From: Eledone cirrhosa
Lineage: Eukaryota
Direction: 5' to 3'
Assembly: GCA_964016885.1 (NCBI GenBank)
Contig: OZ024743.1
Span: 340,876,001-340,940,000, forward strand
Length of the DNA stretch: 64,000 bases
Positions 41,320 through 54,156 of this stretch are shown piece by piece. The translations under genes were made by a program, and so were the position numbers. The notes beneath the pieces are model-generated. The model saw only the letters and a program-made list of their open reading frames with translations. It did not search any database and was not told the DNA's origin. The number at the start of each line of letters is the position of its first letter. Within the stretch, counting starts at the first letter, position 1.

Positions 41320-41401
41320 ACACCCACTGATGAGCAAAAGAATTGGTAATTCTTTTCAAAATTAAATTGCGAAACAGCATCACCAAACGCTGTCTGGGTG
41401 T
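41320..41401 (+). ncRNA. Canonical type I hammerhead ribozyme
   Basis: Stem I ACACCCA/UGGGUGU (7 bp), CUGAUGA, stem II GCAA/UUGC, GAAA, stem III ACAGC/GCUGU, GUC triplet with cleavage after 41394. Confidence 0.9.
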
Positions 41402-41694
41402 CTGGTAGTTACCACAATATCGGTTTGTATTTATTTTCTTGATTTATCTTAAATTGAGTCTGGCAAACCCGATTGTTCATAGTTAGTATCTTTTTACCCC
41501 TAGCGAATCTAGTCGCTTACGATTTGAACACATTTATGTATATATCTGTGTTTATCTCTATTTTATATTCAATTATACTCTACGGCTCGGAAAAATCTCT
41601 TTCCTTGAGCTATTTAATTGCAATAGACGATTTTGAGTTTCTAACTCAATATATACCCTTGATATATATATATATATATCAAGGGTATATCCAT

Positions 41695-42453
41695 TTTCGG
41701 GAATCTGAATTAATAATTCGTATTAGTTTCGGAACTCTGAATTACTATTTCGTATTAGGCTTTTTTTAGTATTTCGGCCCCCTCTTGTTGACCTGTCATT
41801 GTAAGATAGATTTGGCCGATTACTACTTACTCATAAAATTCTTTCACTACAATCTTGTATTTAGTTTTCCGCCCCACCTATTAAACTTTTCTATAGCTTA
41901 GCAGTACCAGTGAGAGATTTGATGATTGTGGAAGGGGACTAGTAGCCAGAAATTGTGTTGTTTTTAAATATTTTTTATATTTTTTATATTTTTCTATATA
42001 TTTACTCCATATAGATTTACTTATTGTTTCGACTTACTCCACCTCCCCTTCTCTAGTATACTTTTTTCGACCTCTTAACCTTAGATTCTACTGTAGTTGT
42101 CACTTTCAACGCTTGACTAGGTTTCCTCCACTCCCTCTCCCTCTTTCTTCTACTGGCAAGTTCAGCTACCCCTACCTTCCACAAAATGCCATGATAGAAT
42201 CATGTGTCTCAACAACAAACTTTTGATCAATCCTTGTGACAATTACTTTTACCATATATGGAATTACCCCCTGAGAAGTTCGGCTATTCATTTACCAGGA
42301 TAAACATTTTCATTTAGTCCACAATTAGCCGTCGAAACGGGTTGAGCTCAGCCGTCGGGTTCTACTAGTTCCTATTTCCCACTCTACTACCCTAAGTCTT
42401 GAGTACTTTGGTGCGTTATGGTCCATCTGGTCCCTTACCACATTTCCTTCGTT
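41695..42453 (+). mobile_element. Long diverged family A element with HHR (42266-42360)
   Basis: Collinear with 55500-56310 (ttagtattt.ggcccc.t.ttgttgacc; accatatatggaattacccc; catttccttcgt|tata). The core reads CUGAGAA. Confidence 0.8.
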
Positions 42454-42618
42454 ATATATATATATATATACTCTTTTACTCTTTTACCTGTTCCAGCCAT
42501 CCGGCTGAGGCCATACTGGGGCACCACCCTTGTGATATGTATAGAAAATATGTGTAAGTATATGTATGTTCGGAACTAGCTGTTGAAACGGCGGGAGCTC
42601 AGCCGGGGTCCCGAATCC

Positions 42619-42678
<60 letters not shown>

Positions 42679-42970
42679 CATACATACGCACCACCCATAT
42701 GTGTATATTTATATATATTTATTTATTCATATATTTATTTATATCTATATATAGATTTGGCTGTGCAAACAAGAGAAACAAAATTCAATATCTGTGGAGA
42801 ATCTGTGTACAACTTATTTTATCAAAGCTGGCTCAGTACCAGGAGTTTCTTGTTTAAAAATCTGTTAAGCTCGAAAATATTGGATTCTCAGTCACTGATA
42901 TGGCTAAAAAATTTCACAGTTTCACAATTTCACAGTTTCACAACTATAAAAAGTAAATTCATTCCCCCGG

Positions 42971-43114
<144 letters not shown>

Positions 43115-43467
43115 CATATATATATATTTTTTCACAGTCTACATTTATTGTCAACTGATAACGTACCTATTTCATGCATTAGGTATTTGATAAGGATTTC
43201 TTGTTCCTGGATTGTATTGAGGTTTTCTTTAAAATTAGATGATAGATACTTGCCTAAAACGTACTTGTATATGTGTGTCCACTCATATAACAGCTACATT
43301 TTCCACCTAAAATCTACTCTTCACGTAACGTTTTTATGATGAAACTACTTGTTTCTAAATTGACCAAAGGAGAATCCAGTTTTTAAATATAATCATTATT
43401 TCTGTATTGAGTTATCTCTTATATAAAATTATTTAACTCGTGTTCATACAAATACCCCGCCCGAACC

Positions 43468-43529
<62 letters not shown>

Positions 43530-43690
43530 TTATTTCCGAGCTTTATCTTTTCCATTCTCTCTCTCTCGTCTCACACTCATATGCAGCCCACACGCACACG
43601 CATACAGACATATACGCGCGCGCACATACACACATATACAGACACGCAGGCACACACACATACAAACACACATACACACACACACATATA

Positions 43691-43736
<46 letters not shown>

Positions 43737-43928
43737 TAACAATAGTTTGCTCTGGTGGCCCTTGAACTATGTATAATGAAATAAATATGGTTTTATAAAT
43801 ATAGTTTCCATTTGTTAATATATTGTATATTTACTCCAATAATATGTTGAGTGCTTTATATCAGTTACAAAAATATTTTGCTTGTTGTATCCCAACAAAT
43901 TAAATATAACTTCTACATATATATATGC

Positions 43929-44020
<92 letters not shown>

Positions 44021-44700
44021 ACATATATTAATATATATACATATACATACACACTCGTTTACTGGCTTCAGGTTTTATTCCATCGATCTCACTTGAAATC
44101 GAAGGGGAATTTATTCGTGAGGAAAAGGAAGCAATCGGGTCTGAACTTAATTTCGCGAGGAGTTTTCATTTGGCATACTTAGCTTGTACATGTATAAGTT
44201 ATAAAAATACATAAGCTCATAAACATACACACTTTTAAACAAACGCACATATAAACCGCATGTAAACAAACAGGGGAAAACACACAAGCATGCACGCACG
44301 CACACACACAAATATATGTATATCGTATAATTGAAATTATTAGTGGCTATAATTGTTGTAGTTATAATCATTTTTCAACCTCATTTATAAACCTGATAGT
44401 GCGGTCCTATAACTTAAGATGCTCCAGCCATGACCTTTTCATTTTTGTGCTGACATAGGGTATGTGGAACTTCATTATCTAATATCTTCTTTCTTGTCGA
44501 TTTTGTTTAACTGTAGGTCAGTACTAATCCACCAGATCTATCATCAATGGCATTCGAATCTTCACCATCTGGTATATATATATATTTTTTATTATATATA
44601 TATCTATATCAACATGAATGGACCTGTTATTTTTATCTAAAGACATTTTTTCCAATTCCAGCCTGCCCGTCCCTTTAATCTATCTTATTTCCCATTCTTT

Positions 44701-44735
44701 CTTCTGATGAAGGACTAGCTTCCGAAACGTTAATA
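44701..44735 (+). ncRNA. Degenerate minimal hammerhead motif in a PLE-like terminus
   Basis: CUGAUGA a GGA cuagcu UCC GAAA CGU UA. Stem I is weak. Ends ~90 bp later at a CA/TA tract. Confidence 0.5.
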
Positions 44736-44917
44736 CCCTCTTCCTGCTATTTCAAGCGTTAATCTAATATATTCCTTCCATATACTGTACCGATTGTGTT
44801 GTTATTTCTGTTTCCCTTTTACACACACATATATATATATATATAAAGAAACGAAGCCTGCATGCTCCGATCGAGGTGTAATAGTAATATACGCGAACGG
44901 CAAAGCATAAGCGAACT

Positions 44918-45021
<104 letters not shown>

Positions 45022-45029
45022 TCAAATGC

Positions 45030-45535
45030 GGTGTGCAGAAGAGGAGGATACATTTGTATGGACATGTGCATAAAAAGGTGCAGAGCACTAAAAGTTGATG
45101 GAAGCCGTGGAGTGGGGAGACTCAGGAAGACCTGGGATGAGGTGATAAAAGCGGACTTTGCCCAATTGCACCTCTCAACGGCGATGACACTGGACCGTGA
45201 CTCTGGTGTCACGCAGTAATACAGAAGATCCAACTTTCCACGGGAACAAGCCGAAGCTGAAGCATATAGACACTGCAAAGTGGTTGTGGAGGTGTCACGA
45301 CAAAAAAGCACCCAGCCCACACTGTAAAGTGGTCGTGTAGGCGCCATGAAAAAAAAAGCACCCCGCATTCACTGTAAATGAGATTGATGTTAGAAAGTGC
45401 ATCCAGCTGTAGAAATCAAGCCAAAATCAGTTCCCGTATGAGCAAGACAAGATCAGTAGACCTAGCGTCGCCCACAACAGGACAACCCATGCAAGCGTGG
45501 AAGAATGGATGTAAAACGGTGATTATGATGATGAT
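45030..45535 (+). mobile_element. RTE-clade LINE 3' end with 3' UTR and (ATG)n tail
   Basis: CIKRCRALKVDGSRGVGRLRKTWDEVIKAD (the R.RGRP.KTW motif). The 3' UTR ends in gattatgatgatga. Confidence 0.8.
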
Positions 45536-45849
45536 ATATATATAATAAAAAAAACAACAATAAAGAAAACAGAAAAAAGTGATCAATCAAAGGTTAACTC
45601 TTATTTACTTCGAATAAACAAGTAGATACCGTCAACGGAGATTTATTCGCGGGGCGTGGAATTAATTATGTTGGAGGGTTGTATTTTCGTACACCTTATT
45701 CGCCCATATTGGGTAAACAGACGCTCAGAGGATGGATAGTACTAGGTCAACAAAAATAAGTCCATAAACGAGGATTTAACTCCACCGAAATCTTTATATA
45801 TTTAGAAATACATCATTATTTGATGTGTTCTTCCAGCTTTTTGGAGTAG

Positions 45850-48330
45850 GGTGTGTTTTGAGTAAGACCATATTACTTTTTTCCAGGTTGTACAACTATA
45901 TCGATGCAGTCTCGTTTGCACAACCATAAATGTTGTTCTATCCTCGGTCATCTCTCATTCAGTATAAAACTATAAAGGATGTTTTAACCATGGACGTCAG
46001 ATAATTTTAACCTGGTATATTTAGGATTACATTAACTAATGGGTCTTTCCTTGTTTAACAATTTTGTGTGTGTATCTGAATTTCTGTGACGGTGTATTAT
46101 TATTAACACTGATGTCTTCTTATTTGTTTTCCCAACCTTTCAGCTATTGTACCCTCCGACCGTCTTCATGTGCTTGTTGTATTCATCAAAGCTGTTCCTA
46201 TCGTGACCTTCCTGTATTTTATTCTGCCATTACCAGCATCACCATCATCATTGTCATCATCGTAAAGCGATTCTATTTTTTCGCTTGGCTTACAGCCCCT
46301 ATTGTCGGTGTTTATGATATTACCTTTTCTCACAAAGCAACAAAATTGAAATCGGTTATATACAGCTTGGATTTTAACACACCTATCTACTGCTTGCTTA
46401 AACATTCCCTTCTGAAAACATAAGTTTTTTCCATCATTGTGCATTCTAGATACACATGTAAAAGGCTAGGTAAAAGAGCACACCTTTGTTTGAAACAAAT
46501 ATTTTAAATCAGTTACTTCGTGGATTTTTTAACCCAATTCAAATTTTATGCATGCTTACATAATGACTTTATAACATTAAATAGTGGTTGGCTGATTTAT
46601 TTTTTCTCATAATAAGCCATAGCCATGTTACACATGGTCTAAAGATTGTTTTTAAAGACAATGTAGTTATGCTCAAGGTCGGGCTGGTATTTCAAGTTTC
46701 ATGCTTTTTATAGAATAAACAATATTACAAATCTGCTGGACTGACTTTATCCTTTCCTTGGAAACCAAACTGTGCTCCATTAAATATATTATTTTTACTG
46801 TTGGTTTCATTCGAGAAAGTAAAAGAAATATCAAAACCATACGTTGATGTAAAATTAAACTAATTATACGATTGTTTTCACACACGTTAGTGTTTTATTG
46901 CTTTGGCAGTTGATTCTGTCCAATTACCAGATCGTTCTGCAGGACATAAAATGATATTGTAGATTCGGCAATAAATATAGTTGATGTTCCAGCTTTAGCA
47001 GTTTTCTATATTTGTGAACTGTTCTATGCGATAAATTTCATTTTATTTTCTTGTTTGGCCATATAACCTCATCTGAAATGATTTCTGGCTCTTGTTGTAT
47101 ATCAAAAGAAATTCCTATTTTTGATTGTTTTAGCGTGTCATATCTATTTCTGCTTTGTGGCAAAGATAGATAAATATTAACATGCTAAAATAATCATAAA
47201 AATATCCATTTGCTTTGGTTAGCTGGTTGCCATATTTATCTTTAACAACTTGACATATACGTGTCCTTTCTTAGATATTTAACCATTTGGTATGCTTCTT
47301 GCGTTATTTGCTCTATGACGTCCCTCTGTCTATTTCTACAGATCTTTCGTTTATCCTTGTATATTTTGCCGCTCTTTTGGTCAATCTATATTAATTTTCT
47401 GCTGTTGCTGTTTGATATCTTCTCTTTCGTTACAACATCTTATTTATCCAACTCTTAATTTTCTTCCTTTTTATCAAGAACTCTTTTGAGTGTTATTATT
47501 ATTTCTTCAAAGGACTCTATTCTAAACATATGTATCCACTCTCTGCTTCAACTACTCTTATGTTCGGATTTTTTCATATTTTTCAGGATCATATTTTATT
47601 CTTACATTTTACTTCTTCATCACTAATTTGAGCATAACTTTTATGGCAATTATTGAAATTCCTAACAGTGACCACATCCTATATCTGAATCAGGAAAATC
47701 TCCAGTTTTAGCTCTGTTTATTATTGATTGATATAGTTATGGAGATAGGAATAAAATCGATCTGATTTTTTTTATTTGTCTGAGTGAATGGCATGACATT
47801 GTTCTGATGTATTTTGTTTGCTATAAATAGCTTGTCTTGTTTTGTAAATTCTAATAATCTTATACCCTTGTTGATAGTTTTTTCCAAGTCTTATTTATTA
47901 ACTGTTTCTTCTAGCATATGAGCATCCGATCCAATATTTCTTTATATTCTAATCTTTCTTTATATTTCAATCACATTGAATTATCAGAATACAGATTTTG
48001 TTGTTTTCGCCGATAGTTTTCTAGATAATAAAAAATCTCTATATTTCGTTTTCATTGTTTTCGCTAGTGAAAGCATAAATTTGGATAATTAAGATATTGT
48101 ATTGTTTATCTGTCAATCTTACTGCGTATATTCTGCTGGGAATTGGAAGCAAGGTCTACATTAATGCAAAGCGAACTTCGCCATACGACCACACTGGATC
48201 CGGGCATGTCTGAGAGATTAAGTAGTTCACTTGGAAAACACGATATTCGGTGTTTGAGGCTTTTGCGAAAATCTCGGATCTATGGGAGTGAAATAAGGCA
48301 AATAGAAACTCTGGAAACCCACAATTCAAA
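45850..48330 (-). mobile_element. Old, heavily decayed LINE (APE + RT, RTE/CR1-like)
   Basis: Minus-strand remnants of KNQIDFI (~47750-47770) and KQRCAL.P.L (~46462-46495). Many stops, so boundaries are approximate. Confidence 0.5.
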
Positions 48331-48689
48331 GGTCCAGACTTATCACATTGTGTCATGTTATCTTCAAGTTTTTGACAAACTAGGGTCGGTGGCATCTCAA
48401 CGTACTCAATAGGTAATGTTAAATAAGCTCCCAGAGTATACACATAGTGATTGGCTTCGATACAACGCACGTAAACGGGTTACTTCAATTATTCCCGAAC
48501 TCGAGTTTCGGCCACACTTAATGCAGCAGTAGATTGAACAGCACCTTCTGTCCGCACATATTATGCAACAATGCACATTCGGCGCATGTGGCTTCATCTG
48601 CGGGTTTCGCCTAATCAATAACCGATCGATCGACATAATTCGACTCCAGTCCGTGTCAGCTATGACTGTATGTGACGGTCAACTAAGTA

Positions 48690-48850
48690 AAACGCTAGCA
48701 ACTGGAATCTCTACACGTCACTATGCCGTCTCCTGATTGGCTATCGATTTAGAAATTTACGTGATGGCAGGAGGCGAAATTCAAATAGTTCCGTTCCCGC
48801 CATACGCATCAGCCAACGTATTTCCAACACAAAGTAACAAGTGAGTGAAA
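48690..48850. promoter_or_regulatory. Candidate promoter-like unique, CpG-richer segment
   Basis: CACGTCA (~48714), CTGATTGGCTA CCAAT box (~48733), TACGTGA, CCGCCAT (YY1-like, ~48796), followed by GTGAGT donor-like sites at 48841 and 49098. Confidence 0.3.
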
Positions 48851-49291
48851 ATTGGTTATTAGAAAAATACAGTCTCCCATCGCTCTAACAATAGAATGGT
48901 AGCATCAGCTCTAGTCTCTAAGTGAGAAATAGTGCGACACTAACAATGGTAGTTCCTACAACCTTTCCGGACATTAAATATCAACCGGTGCTTATACAGC
49001 GATATAGAGTTAGCGCGCTGGTAGAGTCTGAATTCTAGATAATTCGACCAACCACGTGTGTAAACCGATCTATTTCACAACTTGTACGATTCAATAGGTG
49101 AGTGAGAGAGAAAATTTATAACAGGTATTAGAGCGTATATTAAAACAAAACAATAAAAATGTGAAATATTGTTCAATTTACTCTCATTGTTATTCTTAGG
49201 AGAAAATAATAATAAGTTGATGGAACTAGCATGGGTATCACTGCTAGGACCGGTTGCATCTCAGCGTACTTAATAGGTAATGTTAAAAAAC

Positions 49292-49358
<67 letters not shown>

Positions 49359-52300
49359 CTTTTAACCAATTGTAAGCAGCCGTGGCGCGAAACTATCTTG
49401 AAGAATGTTACTGGATTATTTGGACCCTAACTTCCAGTCATTATATCCGTCTGTATGTATACACAAATGCAAATAATCGTAAATACATACAACGCAATCT
49501 TCATGCAGAACGCAATCTTCATGCACAATTCCCTCCATGCAGAAAATGATGCCAGGAAAGTCTTGAAATCTCAGTAGAATTTCTAAAGATTATCGTAAGT
49601 AAATATAAAGTTTATTAATGAAAAAGTTTAAATTGGAGCACAGTTATAACATTTATGAATGTATTGAACACATGCAAGTATTCTTCATTTAACGTTTTAT
49701 TTTTATGAGTTCCAATCAGGTTTTCAAATAGATTCTTAATGATTCTAGACGTTCATGACTTTTCTCAATCAAATACCTATATTGGAGAGCTTGTGAATAA
49801 GATAAGATCCGCAGTGTCATTCGTTTGATAACACTAAAGTGAGAATTTAGAGATTTGGAAATTTGAATTTCAATAAGATTTCTCCCACTCTTATATTTCT
49901 CGAATTGTTGCATGTTCCTATCTCTTTTCTATATTTTGATACTTTCTATTACATTTCCTAGCTGTTATTGACTGTGATTTTCTCTTCTTTTCTTTTCACT
50001 TTCTAACTATTTTATTCGTTTTCTCTCACTATCTTTCTCTTTGTTTATATCACTGTATCGTAAACTCTTGTCAGTTTTTACAAGTTTATTGTATTCTAAG
50101 TGCGTTGAATGTCATCGATAATTTTTTGTCTTCTATTTTTCGTTAAACTCTGTTCAAAATATACAATCACTGCAGAAACATTATAACAATACAAACACAA
50201 AATATATGTATAAAACACACACACTCACATATATACACACACATACACGCACTTATATACGCACACACACACTCACATACTCGTGCACACATACATGTAC
50301 GCATATTATATCTATATACAAAATATTATACGTATATATATATATATAATATACATATATATATATATAAAGTTTTGACGTAATAATTTAAGAACTTCAC
50401 TGTATAAATGTTAAGTTATTACAGCATATGATTTTACTCTTACAGCATATCATTAAAACAATAAATACATGAGACATGGGAATTCTAAACTGACAGAAAA
50501 ATGTTTGCCTTAAAGAAATTAATTCACAGTATTATAATTTACGTTGTTGATCTTATGAAAACAATTGAATAAAATAATGAAATAACAAAATAATATTATA
50601 TAATAAAACGTCAATGAAATAAACATGTGAAAAATATAATAAAATGAAATATGAAATATTTTCAAATTCAATTGGTAAAGAAGTTTGTTCTCTTAGTTCC
50701 ACGTTGTAGCCATAATTTATTTTGTATATATTTATTAAGGTGAGAAAGATATAGATATAAATTGTGAATTCAGCTGTTCAATATATTTACGAAGCAATAT
50801 ATGAGGCGATGATTGTCATAGATATCTGTTTTCACTAATAATGATGTCTTTCTACAAATTTCAATTCGATTTTGAATGAGGTGAATCTCTCGCGTGCTTA
50901 ACTCTTTCATATCAGTGATTATTCAAGTTTTGCTCTGGAATCGTATTTAAATTGTTTGCTTTATAGTAATGAATATAACCACATTCATAACATTTCAATT
51001 ATATATTAATATTACGATCCTAGCTGGATCCTTTCCGAAATTAATGATTTTGTTATTCTGCCTGACAAATTAATCAATTTAGGGGACATTGATTTATTAC
51101 TTACTGCTTATAAAAGATGGACGCAGCGTGATCAAATGATTAACAAGTACACTTAGCCATCATTAGGTCACGTTTTCGATTCCATTGCGTGGGATATTCG
51201 GCAAGTGTTGTTTGTCATAGGCTTGTGAGTGAAACTGGGTAGATATAACGGACTGTATTTGTAGTTAAAAGGTCTGCTCTTTTTCAAATACACTCTGTCA
51301 TACTGAATCTCCCTGAGAATTATGTTAAAAGTTGACATGCCTATGAAACTTCATTTACACCTTCATTTCATGAGCAGGTTGTCTATTTGATTATACAATT
51401 GGAAATCCTCATTGGAGGTTCATTCTTTCCCTCCATCTATAGAATATTGCCTGTCATATCATACCACAATTTTTAATAACTACAAGGCCATCTTTGATAG
51501 ATACACGACCAAATTCTCTTTTCATCCAATTAACAACCACGTAACGATGCAATCTGCCAACCTCCTAGCCAACCAATCGGCAAACCAATTATTCATCAAT
51601 GAATATTTTTGAAGATTTCACTGGATGCTGGAAGACGGGTAATGGGTGTACAACATTGGAGCACCCAATCCTTCCTCCCCCATCTAGAGGATTCTATGCT
51701 GCTACGAGTATAAAGCCACAAGTCAATGCCGAAACTTCAAACCTAAGTGATCGCATTCTTTAAAGAAAAGAGACATCTGGGCACAGTTTTCACTAAGCCA
51801 TATAAATTGATTCCATTAAGGAAAGAAAACATTTAAATTTATCATTCTATCTTTTTCTTTTACAAGCAACCATTTTCTGTAATATTTCGTAATACCTCAT
51901 ACCAATAAAACTATTCTCATTATTTCTATTTATCACCAAGTGGTTACTAATCTATGATGAAAGACAGTCACACTTAGGCTGTCTCGTCGTTCATCTTTTT
52001 CCTTAAATAATTTACAAAGGTTTATATTATTTGTATTGTTCAGGACGATTGTTCGAAGGACAATTAACAGCGATTTCTAGCAGTATAAATGATCACACAA
52101 AGGCCCCATACTGGAATCATAATCATACATAGTGATTGTTCTCTAGCCCCACGTCTCCCTTGATCTAGAATAAAGAGCCTTAAAGTCACGACTATCCCCT
52201 CTTAGCATTCAGGAAGTATCATGAACAAAGGCACTCAATATGTTCTTCATGAAAATAGTAGCAGATAGATTGAGTGAGATTTGGCTGCTATTTCTGGCAG

Positions 52301-54108
52301 GTCAAGTTAACATATGGATTAGGTTCCTCATTGTTTTGTTATTGTTGCTGTGCTGCTGCTGTTGCTGCTGCTGTTGCTGTTGTTGTTGTTTCTGTATACC
52401 CTCACACGAGAACAAGATCCAACAGACATAATAACATGTGTTTTAACTCTTTTTGAATATGTAGGATTTTATGGCCCAGTAGTGGCTCCTGGTTTTATGA
52501 CAGTATACATCACACACACACGTACATATATATACACCTATATCTCTATATATATATCTATATCTAGATATATATATCTATATATTATATCTATCTATTT
52601 TAACGAATCTAATTGTGTATAGTCGGAATAGCTCCAGCTGTTATCTAGTCACTCAATAATTTGACAAGAATCGTAGTTAAAAATACGAACATGTAATTCA
52701 GAGTGGACACCTTTCGTTAATTAGTAAATAAACGGCTTCATATGGATTTAATGTACAATTTCTATGTTACGGTCTGTGTGCAATAGTTGCATCGGCAAGT
52801 ATTACTCACAGAAATTATACAAAACTTCCAAATACTACATAACACATTTCAGCAGCGGGAGTTTAGTCCGAATCCTAACGGGAGATTTATCCGAGACACT
52901 GGTACTGTCGAATTAGCACACTACAATGATAATGATAGTAGTTTCAGACACTAGCAAAATCCCGTGACCTGTTGAAATAGGCTGTTACGAAGAAAAAACA
53001 CGTTGCTGGAAATTCAAATAACCGGGTTAATTATGTGATTAACAAAGGTAGATGCAAAATACATACAAACCGAACTAATATAACACACTAGTGTTCAAAT
53101 TATGATTAAAAGCAGATCTACCACATCGGAATTTAGATAAATCTAGTTTAATGAAGTTAATCGCGTATCGTATATGTATACTTCCACAATACTACCCAAC
53201 TAATAAACACAACAAGCCTAATCTAGCCCTCATAAGATGCAATTACCCACTTAAATCATAAAATTAAAACTAAAACAAAACCACCATAGCAGTACTAAGA
53301 GGACGAAATTCACCAGATCCCATTCGCTCTTAATATCTGGTTTCTGTCGAGCTGTAGGTTCCAGATACATTAGTACCATATACTTTGTAATGCACTAAAT
53401 GTTTAATCCTATCAGCAGAAAAAATCTTTCATAAGAAAACCTTCAACGGAGATATTGATCTATACAGTTTCAGACCTTTCAACTCACCCCCTCCTATGGG
53501 GGAGATCTCTCACAGATCTCATCTCCCACCAACTTTGGAGTGGTTGAGAGATGTCTACTCTTGTGAAAATGGTGTAACTTTCATCATGTAAAATCTCCCC
53601 AATTTGCCTCATTTCACCCCGTTCCGAGCCACTTTTTTTCATGGTATTCCCCGTTTGGGTTTTTAGAGGTTGGAAGGTTTGCAGTAACGTAGGCATGATA
53701 CATTACATAATTTCTCCTTATACAACTATGCCCAACAGCCAAATACATCAATGAAAACAAATCAAAAATACACCAAACAATATATAATTACCAGTTAAAT
53801 AAAATGAAAATTAAGCCCACTACAAAAAGAAAAAGCCCTTCGAACATGAGAATTTTCAGCAGGTATGTTAACCCACAAAATATCAGAGGCATGCTACAAT
53901 ATATATATTTTTTCTTACACATCCCTAGCTAACAACTAAATACAATACAGCATGGCCAAACAATTAAGATATTCTCATGGAAGTAACACTTACCATATAT
54001 TTGGATTCACATAAACTTAAGCTTTATGAGTGAAATTGCGTAGATGGTAAGTGTTTAGAAGCCCGTTGAATGGACTGTTACTGGAATTCAAATAGCTAAC
54101 CTTCATCG

Positions 54109-54152
<44 letters not shown>

Positions 54153-54156
<4 letters not shown>

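Noticed and set aside
48406-48636. Cys-rich 76-aa minus-strand ORF and nearby GAAACUCGAGUU palindrome
   Set aside because: No signal peptide or recognisable family, and no CUGANGA core upstream. Insufficient support for either a peptide or a ribozyme.
52240-52622. Poly-Cys, poly-Leu or poly-Ala ORFs
   Set aside because: They come from a (GCT/GTT)n trinucleotide repeat with no other coding evidence.
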